Assembly (NCBI GenBank): GCA_024235735.1 | Contig: JACKLU010000009.1 | Location: 24,667 to 88,666 of the forward strand | Direction: 5' to 3' | DNA from: Burkholderiales bacterium | GTDB lineage: Bacteria; Pseudomonadota; Gammaproteobacteria; Burkholderiales; Nitrosomonadaceae | DNA: 64,000 nt | Shown here: in pieces, positions 1-8,796 of the stretch | Numbering within the stretch: the stretch's first letter is position 1 | How the letters are laid out: the number at the start of each line of letters is the position of its first letter | Position numbers and translations under genes: made by a program | Notes under the pieces: generated by a model | Databases searched by the model: none | The model's input: the letters and a program-made list of their open reading frames with translations, nothing else | What the model was told of the DNA's origin: nothing

Positions 1-924
1 CAGCAGCGGTAACAGGAAAACATAGCCAATAACCGATATGGCGCCGGACAGAAGGCCGATTCCAAATGCGCCCGTCGGTGAAACGACATCGCATACCGAT
101 CCTATGCCGACACCGCCGGCCAGAGCGGCATTCGCCATATCCACCATCGATGTCTTGCCGCCATTCAGTTTGTAACTCAAAAAATAGGTCGCAATCGTTG
201 CACCAGACAGCGCCAGCAAAGTATTGGCAATCACTTGCGGCATGTCCTCAAGCGGCGATAGCGCTGTGGCGAAGCTTGGCCAGAAAAGCCACAGCACCAT
301 AGAGCCCAGCATCGCGAAACGATCCGATGTGGGATCCGATTCGATCGGTTTGCTGCGTTGATACTGTGTGGTCAGTACGATGGACATCGCCAGGCCGAAA
401 TAGGCGCCAAACGCATGAATGACGATCGATCCGGCCGTATCCTGGAAACCGTCGGTCAAACCGAGAGCATTATCCAGTACGATCCATTCATTGAGCAGAT
501 AAAGCGGCACCAATAAAAGCGCCAGCAGCGCATACTGAAATACGCGTAGCCGCCCAAGCACGGCGCCCATGGCGATTAAGGCGGCGGCCACTGACAGTTC
601 GGCAAATAAAATGGCATCGAGGGTATGCGGTGACAGTGCATGTCCGAAAATGCCGTTGGCGCGCAATAAAACATAGAGCGGCAATCCGGTTGCAACAACG
701 AGATAGGTGCCCGTCACCGCGCCAAAACCATAGCGGCGGACAAAAACCATCAAAAAGCCGAAACCGACCAGCAGCATGGCGAGAATATGAATGATGTAAT
801 TGTATTGCGCGACAGTGCGCGCCTCACTCATAACCGCTATCTCTTCAGCGCTGGCCCAGCAACTGAAGCTCAGCAAAAATAAACCCGCTGCACCCAGCAG
901 CATCAAGCTATGGCATTTTTTCAT
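1..924 (-). CDS. Rh50-type ammonia/ammonium (possibly CO2) channel, Amt/Rh family; 3' part runs off the left window edge
   Basis: Manual translation from ATG at 924 (absent from the ORF track because there is no stop in the window): MKKCHSLMLL...AQYNYIIHILAMLLVGFGFLMVFVRRYGF...IHAFGAYFGL...SDRFAMLGSMVLWLFWPSF...DMANAALAGGVGIGS. This closely resembles N. europaea Rh50 as recalled. Confidence 0.92.
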   Translation of the reverse strand, partial: MKKCHSLMLLGAAGLFLLSFSCWASAEEIAVMSEARTVAQYNYIIHILAMLLVGFGFLMVFVRRYGFGAVTGTYLVVATGLPLYVLLRANGIFGHALSPHTLDAILFAELSVAAALIAMGAVLGRLRVFQYALLALLLVPLYLLNEWIVLDNALGLTDGFQDTAGSIVIHAFGAYFGLAMSIVLTTQYQRSKPIESDPTSDRFAMLGSMVLWLFWPSFATALSPLEDMPQVIANTLLALSGATIATYFLSYKLNGGKTSMVDMANAALAGGVGIGSVCDVVSPTGAFGIGLLSGAISVIGYVFLLPLL

Positions 925-1549
925 ATGAATTTCCTTGTATTATCAACCTATAGATGCATCCTATAAGGTATTTCTTGAAAGAAAAATACTATTGCTGTTC
1001 TAACTCAAGCAATTCCTTGCCTGCGCGTCTGCCCTATCTAAGTCATCGTAGCGAGCCAGATGGGAAAAGCGGATACGGATTTTCTCGATTTTGCGGTGCA
1101 TCGCGAGATTAGTAGTAAAGAAGAAGTTTCGCGACGCAAAAATTGAGTAAATATAAACCGTTATCTCATTGGTGCAGTAGATGAGTCTTTAACCCGGCGG
1201 ACGCCTAGAGTCTGAACGCAATTTCCCATTTAAACAATAGGGTTATGCAAATTTGAAGAAAATAATTCTAGAGACATTTGTAGAATACCCACGCCATGGT
1301 TTCTAACGCATTGTTTTTAATATTCTGAAATTTCATAAATGCCACTGGAGCTGGTTCGCGTTGTTTTTCTGTTTGGACGCTACCAGCATCTAGTCAGTCG
1401 CCTGTTTTCGGGAAAATAATCGATTCGGGATTGAAATTTTATTCCTGGTATATCGGTGGCATGCGTGAACTGTTGCTGTAAGGATTTTTGCATGACATTG
1501 TGTGAGATCGGTGTGACGCAGTTGCTGCTGTTTCTTTCTGTCAGACTTT

Positions 1550-2872
1550 TCAATGTTTATGGTTGGTTTTTACTGCGATCGACTTATTGGAATGTGTATT
1601 GAATAATTGATAGAACTTAGGTTCGTTTGCTTGAACCAGCAGTTTGTAAAGATCCTGGTTGGTCAGTCCACGTTCAAGTTGTAGCAGTAAGGCGGCAAGG
1701 CCGGTAACATGAGCGGTGGCCATTGAATTGCCGGAAATGAAGTCGTAAGCGCCGTTGGGGAGCGTAGTAAGGATCTGTTCTCCAGGAGCCGGAACAGTCT
1801 GTGTATGGGTTTTATGGGATGTGCGAAACATGTGAGTGTGGCTTTGCACGCTGATGACACCCGGGTGGTGTGCCGGGAAGCCGGATTGGTTATCTTGCCG
1901 GTCAGTTTGAGAAGCGATGATAATGATGTCTTGTTGAATGGCTTTCTCGATCAGTCTGGCTAGAAGGGGATCGTGGGGTCCGGTTAAGCTTAAATTGATT
2001 AAGTCTACATTCATGTCTATGGCGGTGTTAAGCGCCAATGCCAAAGTAAAGCTGTTGCAGACTGCGTCGAGGCTACCTTCGGATATTTCCCAACAAGCTT
2101 TCATGGCAACGATACGACTGTCAGGCGCCAAGCCCACTATGCCCTGTCCATTGTTTGCTTTGGCGGCAATGATGCCGGCAATTGCCGTGCCATGCCCGTC
2201 ACTGAAAAAATCAACGGATTGATGGGTGACAAAATCCTTGATGACGTTAATCTGACCTTCCAAATCCGGATGTTTTATGTCTACGCCAGTATCAATAATT
2301 GCTATTGTTATATTTTTACCCGTTGCCTGATTGTGTATTTTTCCCAAATTGAACGGATGAATGCTTGATTGCAGCCGGTAATACGGGTCGCTGTATTCTT
2401 TACCCAGGACTTTAAACGTAGACATCAGCTGAACATTATCGATTCGGTTGTCATTGGATAATGCGGTGATGATTTCAGCGATTGACTGGTTTTCATTGAC
2501 CAGATAGACAACACAGTGTTCACCAATTTCACTGATCGACCACTGTGTAAGCAGTGTTAATTTGTAATCCGCCTCGATGTTGGCGGCAATTCTTTCGCTC
2601 CAGGACGAACTACCATAATCGCCCCTTTTGCGATAGGCATGATTAAATTGGCCGATAGGAATGCGATTGATGTGCTTGTCGGAATAGGTGACCAGAATAA
2701 TACGGTCAGTATAGTTGATATCAAATAGCAATGGATCGATTACCAAATCCTGCTTGGCGCTGACTGGCAACACCGAAGCGCCCAGAGTTACAAACAATAA
2801 CGTAATCAATAACAGCAATTTTTTTAAATGGGCTATTAACATAGCAGACTCATTCGGATGAAAGTGAGACAT
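1550..2872 (-). CDS. Secreted subtilisin-like (S8) serine peptidase with N-terminal propeptide
   Basis: Triad motifs IAIIDTG, HGTAIAG and SGNSMA (GTSMA variant); INLSL; hydrophobic signal peptide. The true start may be a few codons downstream. Confidence 0.9.
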   Translation of the reverse strand: MSHFHPNESAMLIAHLKKLLLLITLLFVTLGASVLPVSAKQDLVIDPLLFDINYTDRIILVTYSDKHINRIPIGQFNHAYRKRGDYGSSSWSERIAANIEADYKLTLLTQWSISEIGEHCVVYLVNENQSIAEIITALSNDNRIDNVQLMSTFKVLGKEYSDPYYRLQSSIHPFNLGKIHNQATGKNITIAIIDTGVDIKHPDLEGQINVIKDFVTHQSVDFFSDGHGTAIAGIIAAKANNGQGIVGLAPDSRIVAMKACWEISEGSLDAVCNSFTLALALNTAIDMNVDLINLSLTGPHDPLLARLIEKAIQQDIIIIASQTDRQDNQSGFPAHHPGVISVQSHTHMFRTSHKTHTQTVPAPGEQILTTLPNGAYDFISGNSMATAHVTGLAALLLQLERGLTNQDLYKLLVQANEPKFYQLFNTHSNKSIAVKTNHKH

Positions 2873-3554
2873 GCGCTAGTTCGGCAAAAATGACCTGCGC
2901 ATTGTTACGCAATGCACTAATGGCATCAGTTGTTTCCATAGCATATTTTTGTTCGCCATCTATGAGAATTTCATAAACACCGTTTTTGTATGGTCCATTT
3001 ACGATGTGACCGTAAACACTGCTTACGATAGTGTCGATTTGCGCCTTGTCCGTGTCATCTGTAAAAATCACTCGTATTAAGTTGGGTTTTTTACTTTTCT
3101 GAAGCGGTGCAGACGACTGAGCCAGAGTCCGGTATTCGTTTCCCGATAAGGTTTGTTCATGCATTGCATTGAATATAAATGTCGTTGTCATCAGCAGTAT
3201 GCAAAAAACCAGCGCGAAACTTTTTCTTGAAACTGGGAACTGAAAGAAAAGTTTCTGAAAATTATCGAGCTTTTTGCGAAAAAGCGCTAATTGAGAAACC
3301 GGCTGCGTTTCAATGCGCTTTTTCAGTTGATTAAACGACGCGTTGGACATTTGTTGCATCAGCTCTGCCTGCTGGATATTGTCGTAGACTTGGCGTTGCT
3401 GTTTTAATTCAATTCGGCACGTAATACATGTTTTGATGTGGCTCTCTACCCGTGCTTGTTCCGCAGCGCTCAGCGTTCGGTTGATGAACCAGGGCAAAAG
3501 ACTCCATACCGCACGATGTTCATGATTACTATTGATTTTGCTATTCACTGACAT
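2850..3554 (-). CDS. Membrane-anchored zinc-binding (ZAS/zf-HC2) anti-sigma factor with periplasmic C-terminal domain
   Basis: LLPWFIN...HIKTCITC (HxxxCxxC), a single TM helix, directly downstream of the ECF sigma gene. Confidence 0.85.
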   Translation of the reverse strand: MSVNSKINSNHEHRAVWSLLPWFINRTLSAAEQARVESHIKTCITCRIELKQQRQVYDNIQQAELMQQMSNASFNQLKKRIETQPVSQLALFRKKLDNFQKLFFQFPVSRKSFALVFCILLMTTTFIFNAMHEQTLSGNEYRTLAQSSAPLQKSKKPNLIRVIFTDDTDKAQIDTIVSSVYGHIVNGPYKNGVYEILIDGEQKYAMETTDAISALRNNAQVIFAELAHVSLSSE

Positions 3555-3569
3555 CTTTAGTTCCTGCCC

Positions 3570-4160
3570 TTAGTCTTCCTGAAGTGATTTTGCCAGAATT
3601 CTTCGAGCATGAAACATTCTGGTTTTTACGGTGTTTTCCGGACATTGCATAATTTCGGCGATTTCATTGTAGTGGAGGCCCTGAAAATAAGTCATTTCAA
3701 CGACTGCACGCTGCTCAGCCGACAACTGAGTGAATGCGACTTCCAGCCAGTTACTGGTTTCTACCTGAGAAATCCACTGCGTGCTTTTATCAGGAAAATA
3801 ATCCAGTTCATCATCAAATTCAACAGACCGGTCTTCATCCGCCATTGATTTCTCGACTCTTTTAAGCGCTTTGAAGTAAGCAATACCAAGTATCCAGGTT
3901 GACGGGCGGCATGTCTGGTCATAAGTTGAAGCTTTTTCCCAAACAACATACATGACATCATTAATAATTTCTTCGATATTGTTCCGCGTCCGCGTAATGC
4001 GAAAAATAAATTGAAACAATCGACTAAAATAAAGCTGATACAGTTGTTCGAATGCCTTTTCGTTTCCTGCAGCTGTTTCAGTAATTAACTGCTGCTCTCT
4101 TGCCCGCATCCTGGGTGAGGCATAAATACTTTCTTTATTATTTCCGGGCGATGTGGCCAT
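3570..4160 (-). CDS. ECF-type RNA polymerase sigma factor
   Basis: Region 2 (AFEQLY...EEIINDVMYVVW...STWILGIA) and region 4 (LSAEQRAVVEMTYFQGLHYNEIAEIMQCPENTVKTRMFHARR). Confidence 0.93.
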   Translation of the reverse strand: MATSPGNNKESIYASPRMRAREQQLITETAAGNEKAFEQLYQLYFSRLFQFIFRITRTRNNIEEIINDVMYVVWEKASTYDQTCRPSTWILGIAYFKALKRVEKSMADEDRSVEFDDELDYFPDKSTQWISQVETSNWLEVAFTQLSAEQRAVVEMTYFQGLHYNEIAEIMQCPENTVKTRMFHARRILAKSLQED

Positions 4161-4251
4161 GATTCATTTTTATTGAGACGCTGTCATTTTGGTTGCACAT
4201 ACCCGTTAATTCCAGGGCGTAATATAAATAGTTCAATGCATAGCAAAAAAA

Positions 4252-4989
4252 TTAGATTCCAAAAGTGATCGAGAACAGTATGCGATTACCGACCGCATCA
4301 GGTTCGAATTGCCAATCCAGGGAGGTGATTTGTTCTGAAGCGGCGTGAGCAGAGCCGTAGTAACGTAAATCGATGCCTATATTGGGCGAAAAGTGTATGG
4401 TAAATCCTGAAGCCCAATAGACATAGTCATAATGCAGATTCTTTTTTTGTTTGTTGTAACCCAAAGTACTTGAAAATTCGATGGAATCGGTAATGGGGTA
4501 TCGTCCGGTCATTTCATAACTGAATGACATATGTTTCTGATTATAACCATTTTCAGAAAAAGCGAGGCCCAATGTCAGCAAATCGCGAAAGTGCGTCACG
4601 AAATAAAATTCGTTGTAATCAGCCTGTCTGCCAAAAATGTTTCCATTATAAATATAACGATTCCATTCGAGGTTAAATCGCCAGTCTCTGGCTATTCGAT
4701 ATGCGTAACCAAAGTAAGGCCTAAATTCCAGTTTTGAGCGGTTTCCGAAGTCATGATCGGCAAAGTTAACTGAGGATAAAAAGGATCCTAGATAAAAACC
4801 GGTTTTGAATTCGTAATCAATATTGGCTTGAATGGATGGTTTTTTATCGCTTTTAGTATAGCCACGCCAGAAATAATCAGTTGTTCCCGTCAAGCTTGCA
4901 TTTAATTCGGCATGGCAGATGGCTGTGCTAAAGAGTAGTGGTGCGCAAAATAATAGCAGCTGTGCCAAATTGATGAAGGACATTTTCAT
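4252..4989 (-). CDS. TorF/TIGR02001-like outer-membrane beta-barrel (putative porin)
   Basis: Signal peptide; TTDYFWRGYT...PSIQANIDY...GFYLGS..S.V signature; alternating beta-strand pattern; C-terminal FSITFGI. Confidence 0.8.
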   Translation of the reverse strand: MKMSFINLAQLLLFCAPLLFSTAICHAELNASLTGTTDYFWRGYTKSDKKPSIQANIDYEFKTGFYLGSFLSSVNFADHDFGNRSKLEFRPYFGYAYRIARDWRFNLEWNRYIYNGNIFGRQADYNEFYFVTHFRDLLTLGLAFSENGYNQKHMSFSYEMTGRYPITDSIEFSSTLGYNKQKKNLHYDYVYWASGFTIHFSPNIGIDLRYYGSAHAASEQITSLDWQFEPDAVGNRILFSITFGI

Positions 4990-5482
4990 TTAGCAAAGAC
5001 ATCGAAAGGAAGCTTAAACAACAAGCAGATATGGATAAACACTCTGCCAGTATTGATTCTGAGCAATTACGCGCAAAAAAATGATTTATGAACCATGGAC
5101 TTGGATTTGTGGGTGAAAAATTTTTCATTATAGAACAGAAATTAAATAACTTAAATGTACTTCGATACAGTACTTCGATACAAATAATGAAAAACGACAG
5201 AAGTTAATGAGAACTATTATATATTTTGAACCTTTTGGCAGATTAACCGGATATACCGTATGTTAAAGGTACACATGTGTATAGGTACTTGTAATCGAGA
5301 GATGAAATAAATCTTTGAATTTATTGCCTTAACTAATTATTAAGAAAATCAATTATTTCGTTCAGTAATGCACTTATCAAATTATTGTTTGCAAGTTGAA
5401 GTGATTGACAACTTTTCGGTTACAAATTGACTGGGCCGTTTTAGTGCTTTTACCGGTACGGTTTCTAAATAAGAGAAATGAT

Positions 5483-7291
5483 ATGAAAAAATTATTAATC
5501 ATGATTGTTTTGATGGTTCTTCCGGGGTTTGTCTGGGCTAAAGGGGGCGATCGGCGGATCACTTTTGAATTAAACGACGGACCGGGTAACTGGTATAGAA
5601 ATGCAAATGGCCCGGTAGCCGGATTGGGTTCGCTTGCCGTAGGTACGCCGGGTGTTGAAGTTGTTTTCACAAGAGACGACTCCAATACCGTGCATACTTA
5701 TACCAGCCTGCTTTATCCGACTGGTGCTAGAAATATGCCTTTTGATACCGATCCCCAAAAAGGCAGTGAAAGTATCACGTTAAGGACGCCTGGCTTGTAT
5801 GTCTTTTTCTGTCAGGTGCATCCCTACATGCTCGGCGCAGTGATCGTGGATGATCCGAATACCAAAGGTCTCGACCTCGGTGAAACGATTACGTTGATTA
5901 ATGGCATTACCGTGCCTACCAGCAGCGATCTGGCAACACGCCTGCTGCGTGGTTTTATGGTATTGACCGAGCCGGGTAACTGGCAAAATTTCTCCTCTTC
6001 CGATCCATGGCATATTAATTATCCAAGTGTTCCTGTACGCATTACGGGGGGCGCAGTGATTGATCTCGCTAGCGTGCTAGAAGCCCGCTATGGCAACGAT
6101 ACTGCATTGCCATCGCTGCTGACTCCTCCACCGGGTGTAGGCGAAGTCTGGGTAAACACGCAATTTGAGAAAACTGCCAACAAACGCAAGCCGGGAGCGG
6201 CTGCTGTAGTTGATGCAACAACCTGGCAAGTAAAACGCAAGGTTTTCTTGCCGGATATCGAGATGAACAATCCGCACAATATGTGGACCGACCGCGATCA
6301 AAACCTCATTTATGTCACGGAATGGTTTGACAGCAAACTGACGATATTTGACCGAGTGTCCGGGCAGCTTATTGACCGGCTTCAGGTTGGAGAAGCACCG
6401 GCGCATGTCATGACGCGTGTAGATACCGATCAACTGCATGTTTCTATCAACGGTTCAGACGGGAATGAATCGGTCGTCGAGTTGTCACCGCTTGCTGGCG
6501 GCATTGAACGACGCATTGACGTCGGTCGGCCTGGTCCGCATGCGCATTGGATGGGACATGATGGCGGCACTATGGTAACCCCTAACGTATTTACCGGAGA
6601 CTCAACCATTTATGACTTCGTGCGAGATGGTATTCAGGATATCGTTCCAACCGGTAGCGATGAAGCGCATCCTATCGCAACGGGGATGATGCCCGATTCC
6701 AGTAAATATTACGTTGCCAACTTTCTGGATAGTACATTCACCGTTATTGAAACCGCAACAGGAAAGGTTTTAAAAACTATCAACCTGTTACAGAACTATG
6801 ATCCTGTTAGTGGCGCGATAACTGGGCCCGTTGGCGGTTTGCCGATTCAAACCCCGGTCAGTCCGGATGGCATTGCCATGGTAACGGCAAATATTTTGAC
6901 CGATACCATAACTATTGTGGATACCAAAACGGATACGCTGGTAGCTTCACTGTCTTGTGACGCCGGGTGTCATGGTGTGCAATTTGGCGCCAAGAAAGGC
7001 GGCGGCTATTATGCCTATGTCAGCAGTCAATCAGCCAATGTGTTGCAAGTAGTCGATATCGATCCTAACGGTGACGGCAATCCGAATGACGCTAAAGTCG
7101 TCGGCAGAATTTTGCTGACATCGGTTTCAAACACTGCGTCAGATGACAGGATTACGGCGCATGATGGGATGGGGGGTCAGGGGTTGTTGCCTATTCCGGT
7201 GGTATATAACGGCTGGGTGCAGAATCTGCCGAAAAGCTGGAAAGACCAATTAACACCTCAGCAGCGTGATCCATTAAATTCATCAAAATAG
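5483..7291 (+). CDS. Secreted protein: N-terminal type-1 copper cupredoxin domain plus YVTN/YncE-like beta-propeller
   Basis: ATG at 5483 after AAGAGA, signal peptide MKKLLIMIVLMVLPGFVWA. T1 Cu ligands VHT...CQVHPYM. Propeller repeats (YVANFLDSTFTVIE, VTANILTDTITIVD) with His at blade starts. Confidence 0.82.
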   Translation: MKKLLIMIVLMVLPGFVWAKGGDRRITFELNDGPGNWYRNANGPVAGLGSLAVGTPGVEVVFTRDDSNTVHTYTSLLYPTGARNMPFDTDPQKGSESITLRTPGLYVFFCQVHPYMLGAVIVDDPNTKGLDLGETITLINGITVPTSSDLATRLLRGFMVLTEPGNWQNFSSSDPWHINYPSVPVRITGGAVIDLASVLEARYGNDTALPSLLTPPPGVGEVWVNTQFEKTANKRKPGAAAVVDATTWQVKRKVFLPDIEMNNPHNMWTDRDQNLIYVTEWFDSKLTIFDRVSGQLIDRLQVGEAPAHVMTRVDTDQLHVSINGSDGNESVVELSPLAGGIERRIDVGRPGPHAHWMGHDGGTMVTPNVFTGDSTIYDFVRDGIQDIVPTGSDEAHPIATGMMPDSSKYYVANFLDSTFTVIETATGKVLKTINLLQNYDPVSGAITGPVGGLPIQTPVSPDGIAMVTANILTDTITIVDTKTDTLVASLSCDAGCHGVQFGAKKGGGYYAYVSSQSANVLQVVDIDPNGDGNPNDAKVVGRILLTSVSNTASDDRITAHDGMGGQGLLPIPVVYNGWVQNLPKSWKDQLTPQQRDPLNSSK

Positions 7292-7408
7292 TTTTTTGTT
7301 AACCAGTTTTCATCCATGAACATAACTCTATAAATTAATTGTGATAATTCATGAAAATAGATGAGAATTCCAGTGGAAAGGTATGCAATTGTAGCCAAGA
7401 CAGTGATT

Positions 7409-7452
7409 GGTTCATCCGGCAAGTGCGTACTTGCCGGATGAACCGATTTTTT
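7409..7452 (+). terminator. Rho-independent terminator-like hairpin downstream of the cupredoxin gene
   Basis: Perfect 16-bp stem GGTTCATCCGGCAAGT-gcgt-ACTTGCCGGATGAACC followed by GATTTTTT. Confidence 0.7.
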
Positions 7453-7508
7453 GTTGAGATACTGGCGATGGACATCGGAGGAACTGGCCTTTCATTTGAT
7501 GGATTAGT

Positions 7509-7804
7509 CACTGCTGTCCCGCTAATTTTCCTATCAAAACAAAGTTGGTTGGTTATCATATTCGTATTGACTAGTAGGTGGATCGCCTCGCAGCAGTGTC
7601 ATGAGATCACGTTTTTCAAACAGATTGAGCTGCAATAACCGTATTATCTGCTGCATGCTGATCTGAATCGTTGACTGGAATTTGATGAACGCGATCAGTA
7701 AATAGACGCACAATGCGATCCAGATTTGCGTCATGACGGCATTTTTGCTGGTTCCGACAAATGATTTGATTTTAAGGTTCTGTTTGATCCATTTGAAGAA
7801 CATA
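7509..7804 (-). mobile_element. IS4-family transposase 3' remnant with its terminal inverted repeat
   Basis: FFKWIKQNLKIKSFVGTSKNAVMTQIWIALCVYLL is typical of an IS4 C-terminus. End sequence TTAGCGGGACAGCAGTG finishes at 7509. The 5' part is missing. Confidence 0.8.
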
Positions 7805-8563
7805 TCGAAGAAACCGAACAGCGCATCGCACGATTCGACCAGCATTTGCTCACTGGATTGGAAAGCGAACGCAACTGGCTGGTGTTATTACAAACCTTAC
7901 TCGGCATTGATCTCATCGGTGCAGCCATGTTATTAGTAGAAATTGGCAACGATATGGATGCCTTTGGCAGCGCGGATCGTCTGGCTTCCTGGGTCGGCAT
8001 CTGCCCAATAACGAATCGGCAGGCAAACATAAATCCGGATGAACACGAAAAGGCGACAGGTATGTCCGTCGTCTTCTGTGTGAGTTTGTTCATGCCGCCA
8101 GCCGAGCCACTTCTGCATTCAAGGCAAAGTTCCAGTCACTCATCGTGCGGCGTGGGTACAAACGATCCATCATCGCACTACTGGGATACAAAATACTGCG
8201 TACCATTTTCTTCGAGACCTTTGCACGGCTACTGCGCGGCACGATAATCGCGTTAAAAATTTGCGAAAAATGCTCATTTACCCCGTGTAAACTCCGCTTT
8301 TTCGCAAATTTTTGCCTTATTCTCGCACCGCTCATGACACCGTGCAAAGGTCTCTCTTCATGTTCAAGCGGCGCGAATATTACCGGGACAGCGCCACTGA
8401 CTACGAGAAGATTTCTGTTCAGCGTAATGCCGCACGCTGGATAAAGACGCTGATTCGGCACGGTTTAATCAAACCAGCCCAAGTCTGATTAAATGCCAAT
8501 TCTAATATGACCTTGACTGGTCAGGATTATACTCGCCTGATTGGCTGTTTCTTTCACGTTAAA
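7805..8563 (+). pseudogene. IS110-family recombinase/transposase C-terminal remnant, frameshifted and interrupted by a MITE
   Basis: LLQTLLGIDLIGAAMLLVEIGNDMDAFGSADRLASWVGICP, then after a frameshift RRLLCEFVHAASR...RRGYKRSIIA, and after the MITE YRDSATDYEKISVQRNAPRWIKTL. The right-end position is approximate. Confidence 0.8.
8214..8354. mobile_element. 141-bp MITE, copy 1
   Basis: 15-bp perfect TIR GAGACCTTTGCACGG/CCGTGCAAAGGTCTC; 5-bp TSD TCTTC (8209-8213, 8355-8359); near-identical copy at 25101-25241. Confidence 0.92.
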
Positions 8564-8796
8564 TTTGCACTTATTTATACGAATCCGCTTGGTGTGTTCT
8601 GGGATGATTCAAAAGAAGGGAAGAACGGAAGATTAAAATGCTGTTAGAACGTTCTCGGATGCGGGCGGGTTGCACTGAGTTAACACTGATTTCAGTACAA
8701 CCCTGTTTTATGAAGATTCAACACTCTTTTTCCAATGATAAAAGGATTTCATTACAAGAAGTTGCAATTAGAGGATTTTTTTCTCGAGAGAAACGA

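Noticed and set aside
4161-4251. Autoregulatory ECF promoter upstream of the sigma gene
   Set aside because: TGCAACC and CGTC elements are present but only about 10 nt apart, too close for a -35/-10 pair.
8090-8461. Track ORFs 8090-8461(-), 8145-8444(+), 25097-25306(-), 24940-25134(+)
   Set aside because: They are read-throughs of the MITE and IS110 debris; their shared peptide is simply the MITE sequence.
8470-8563. IS110 bridge RNA
   Set aside because: Only a short right end remains; the left non-coding end expected to carry it is deleted.
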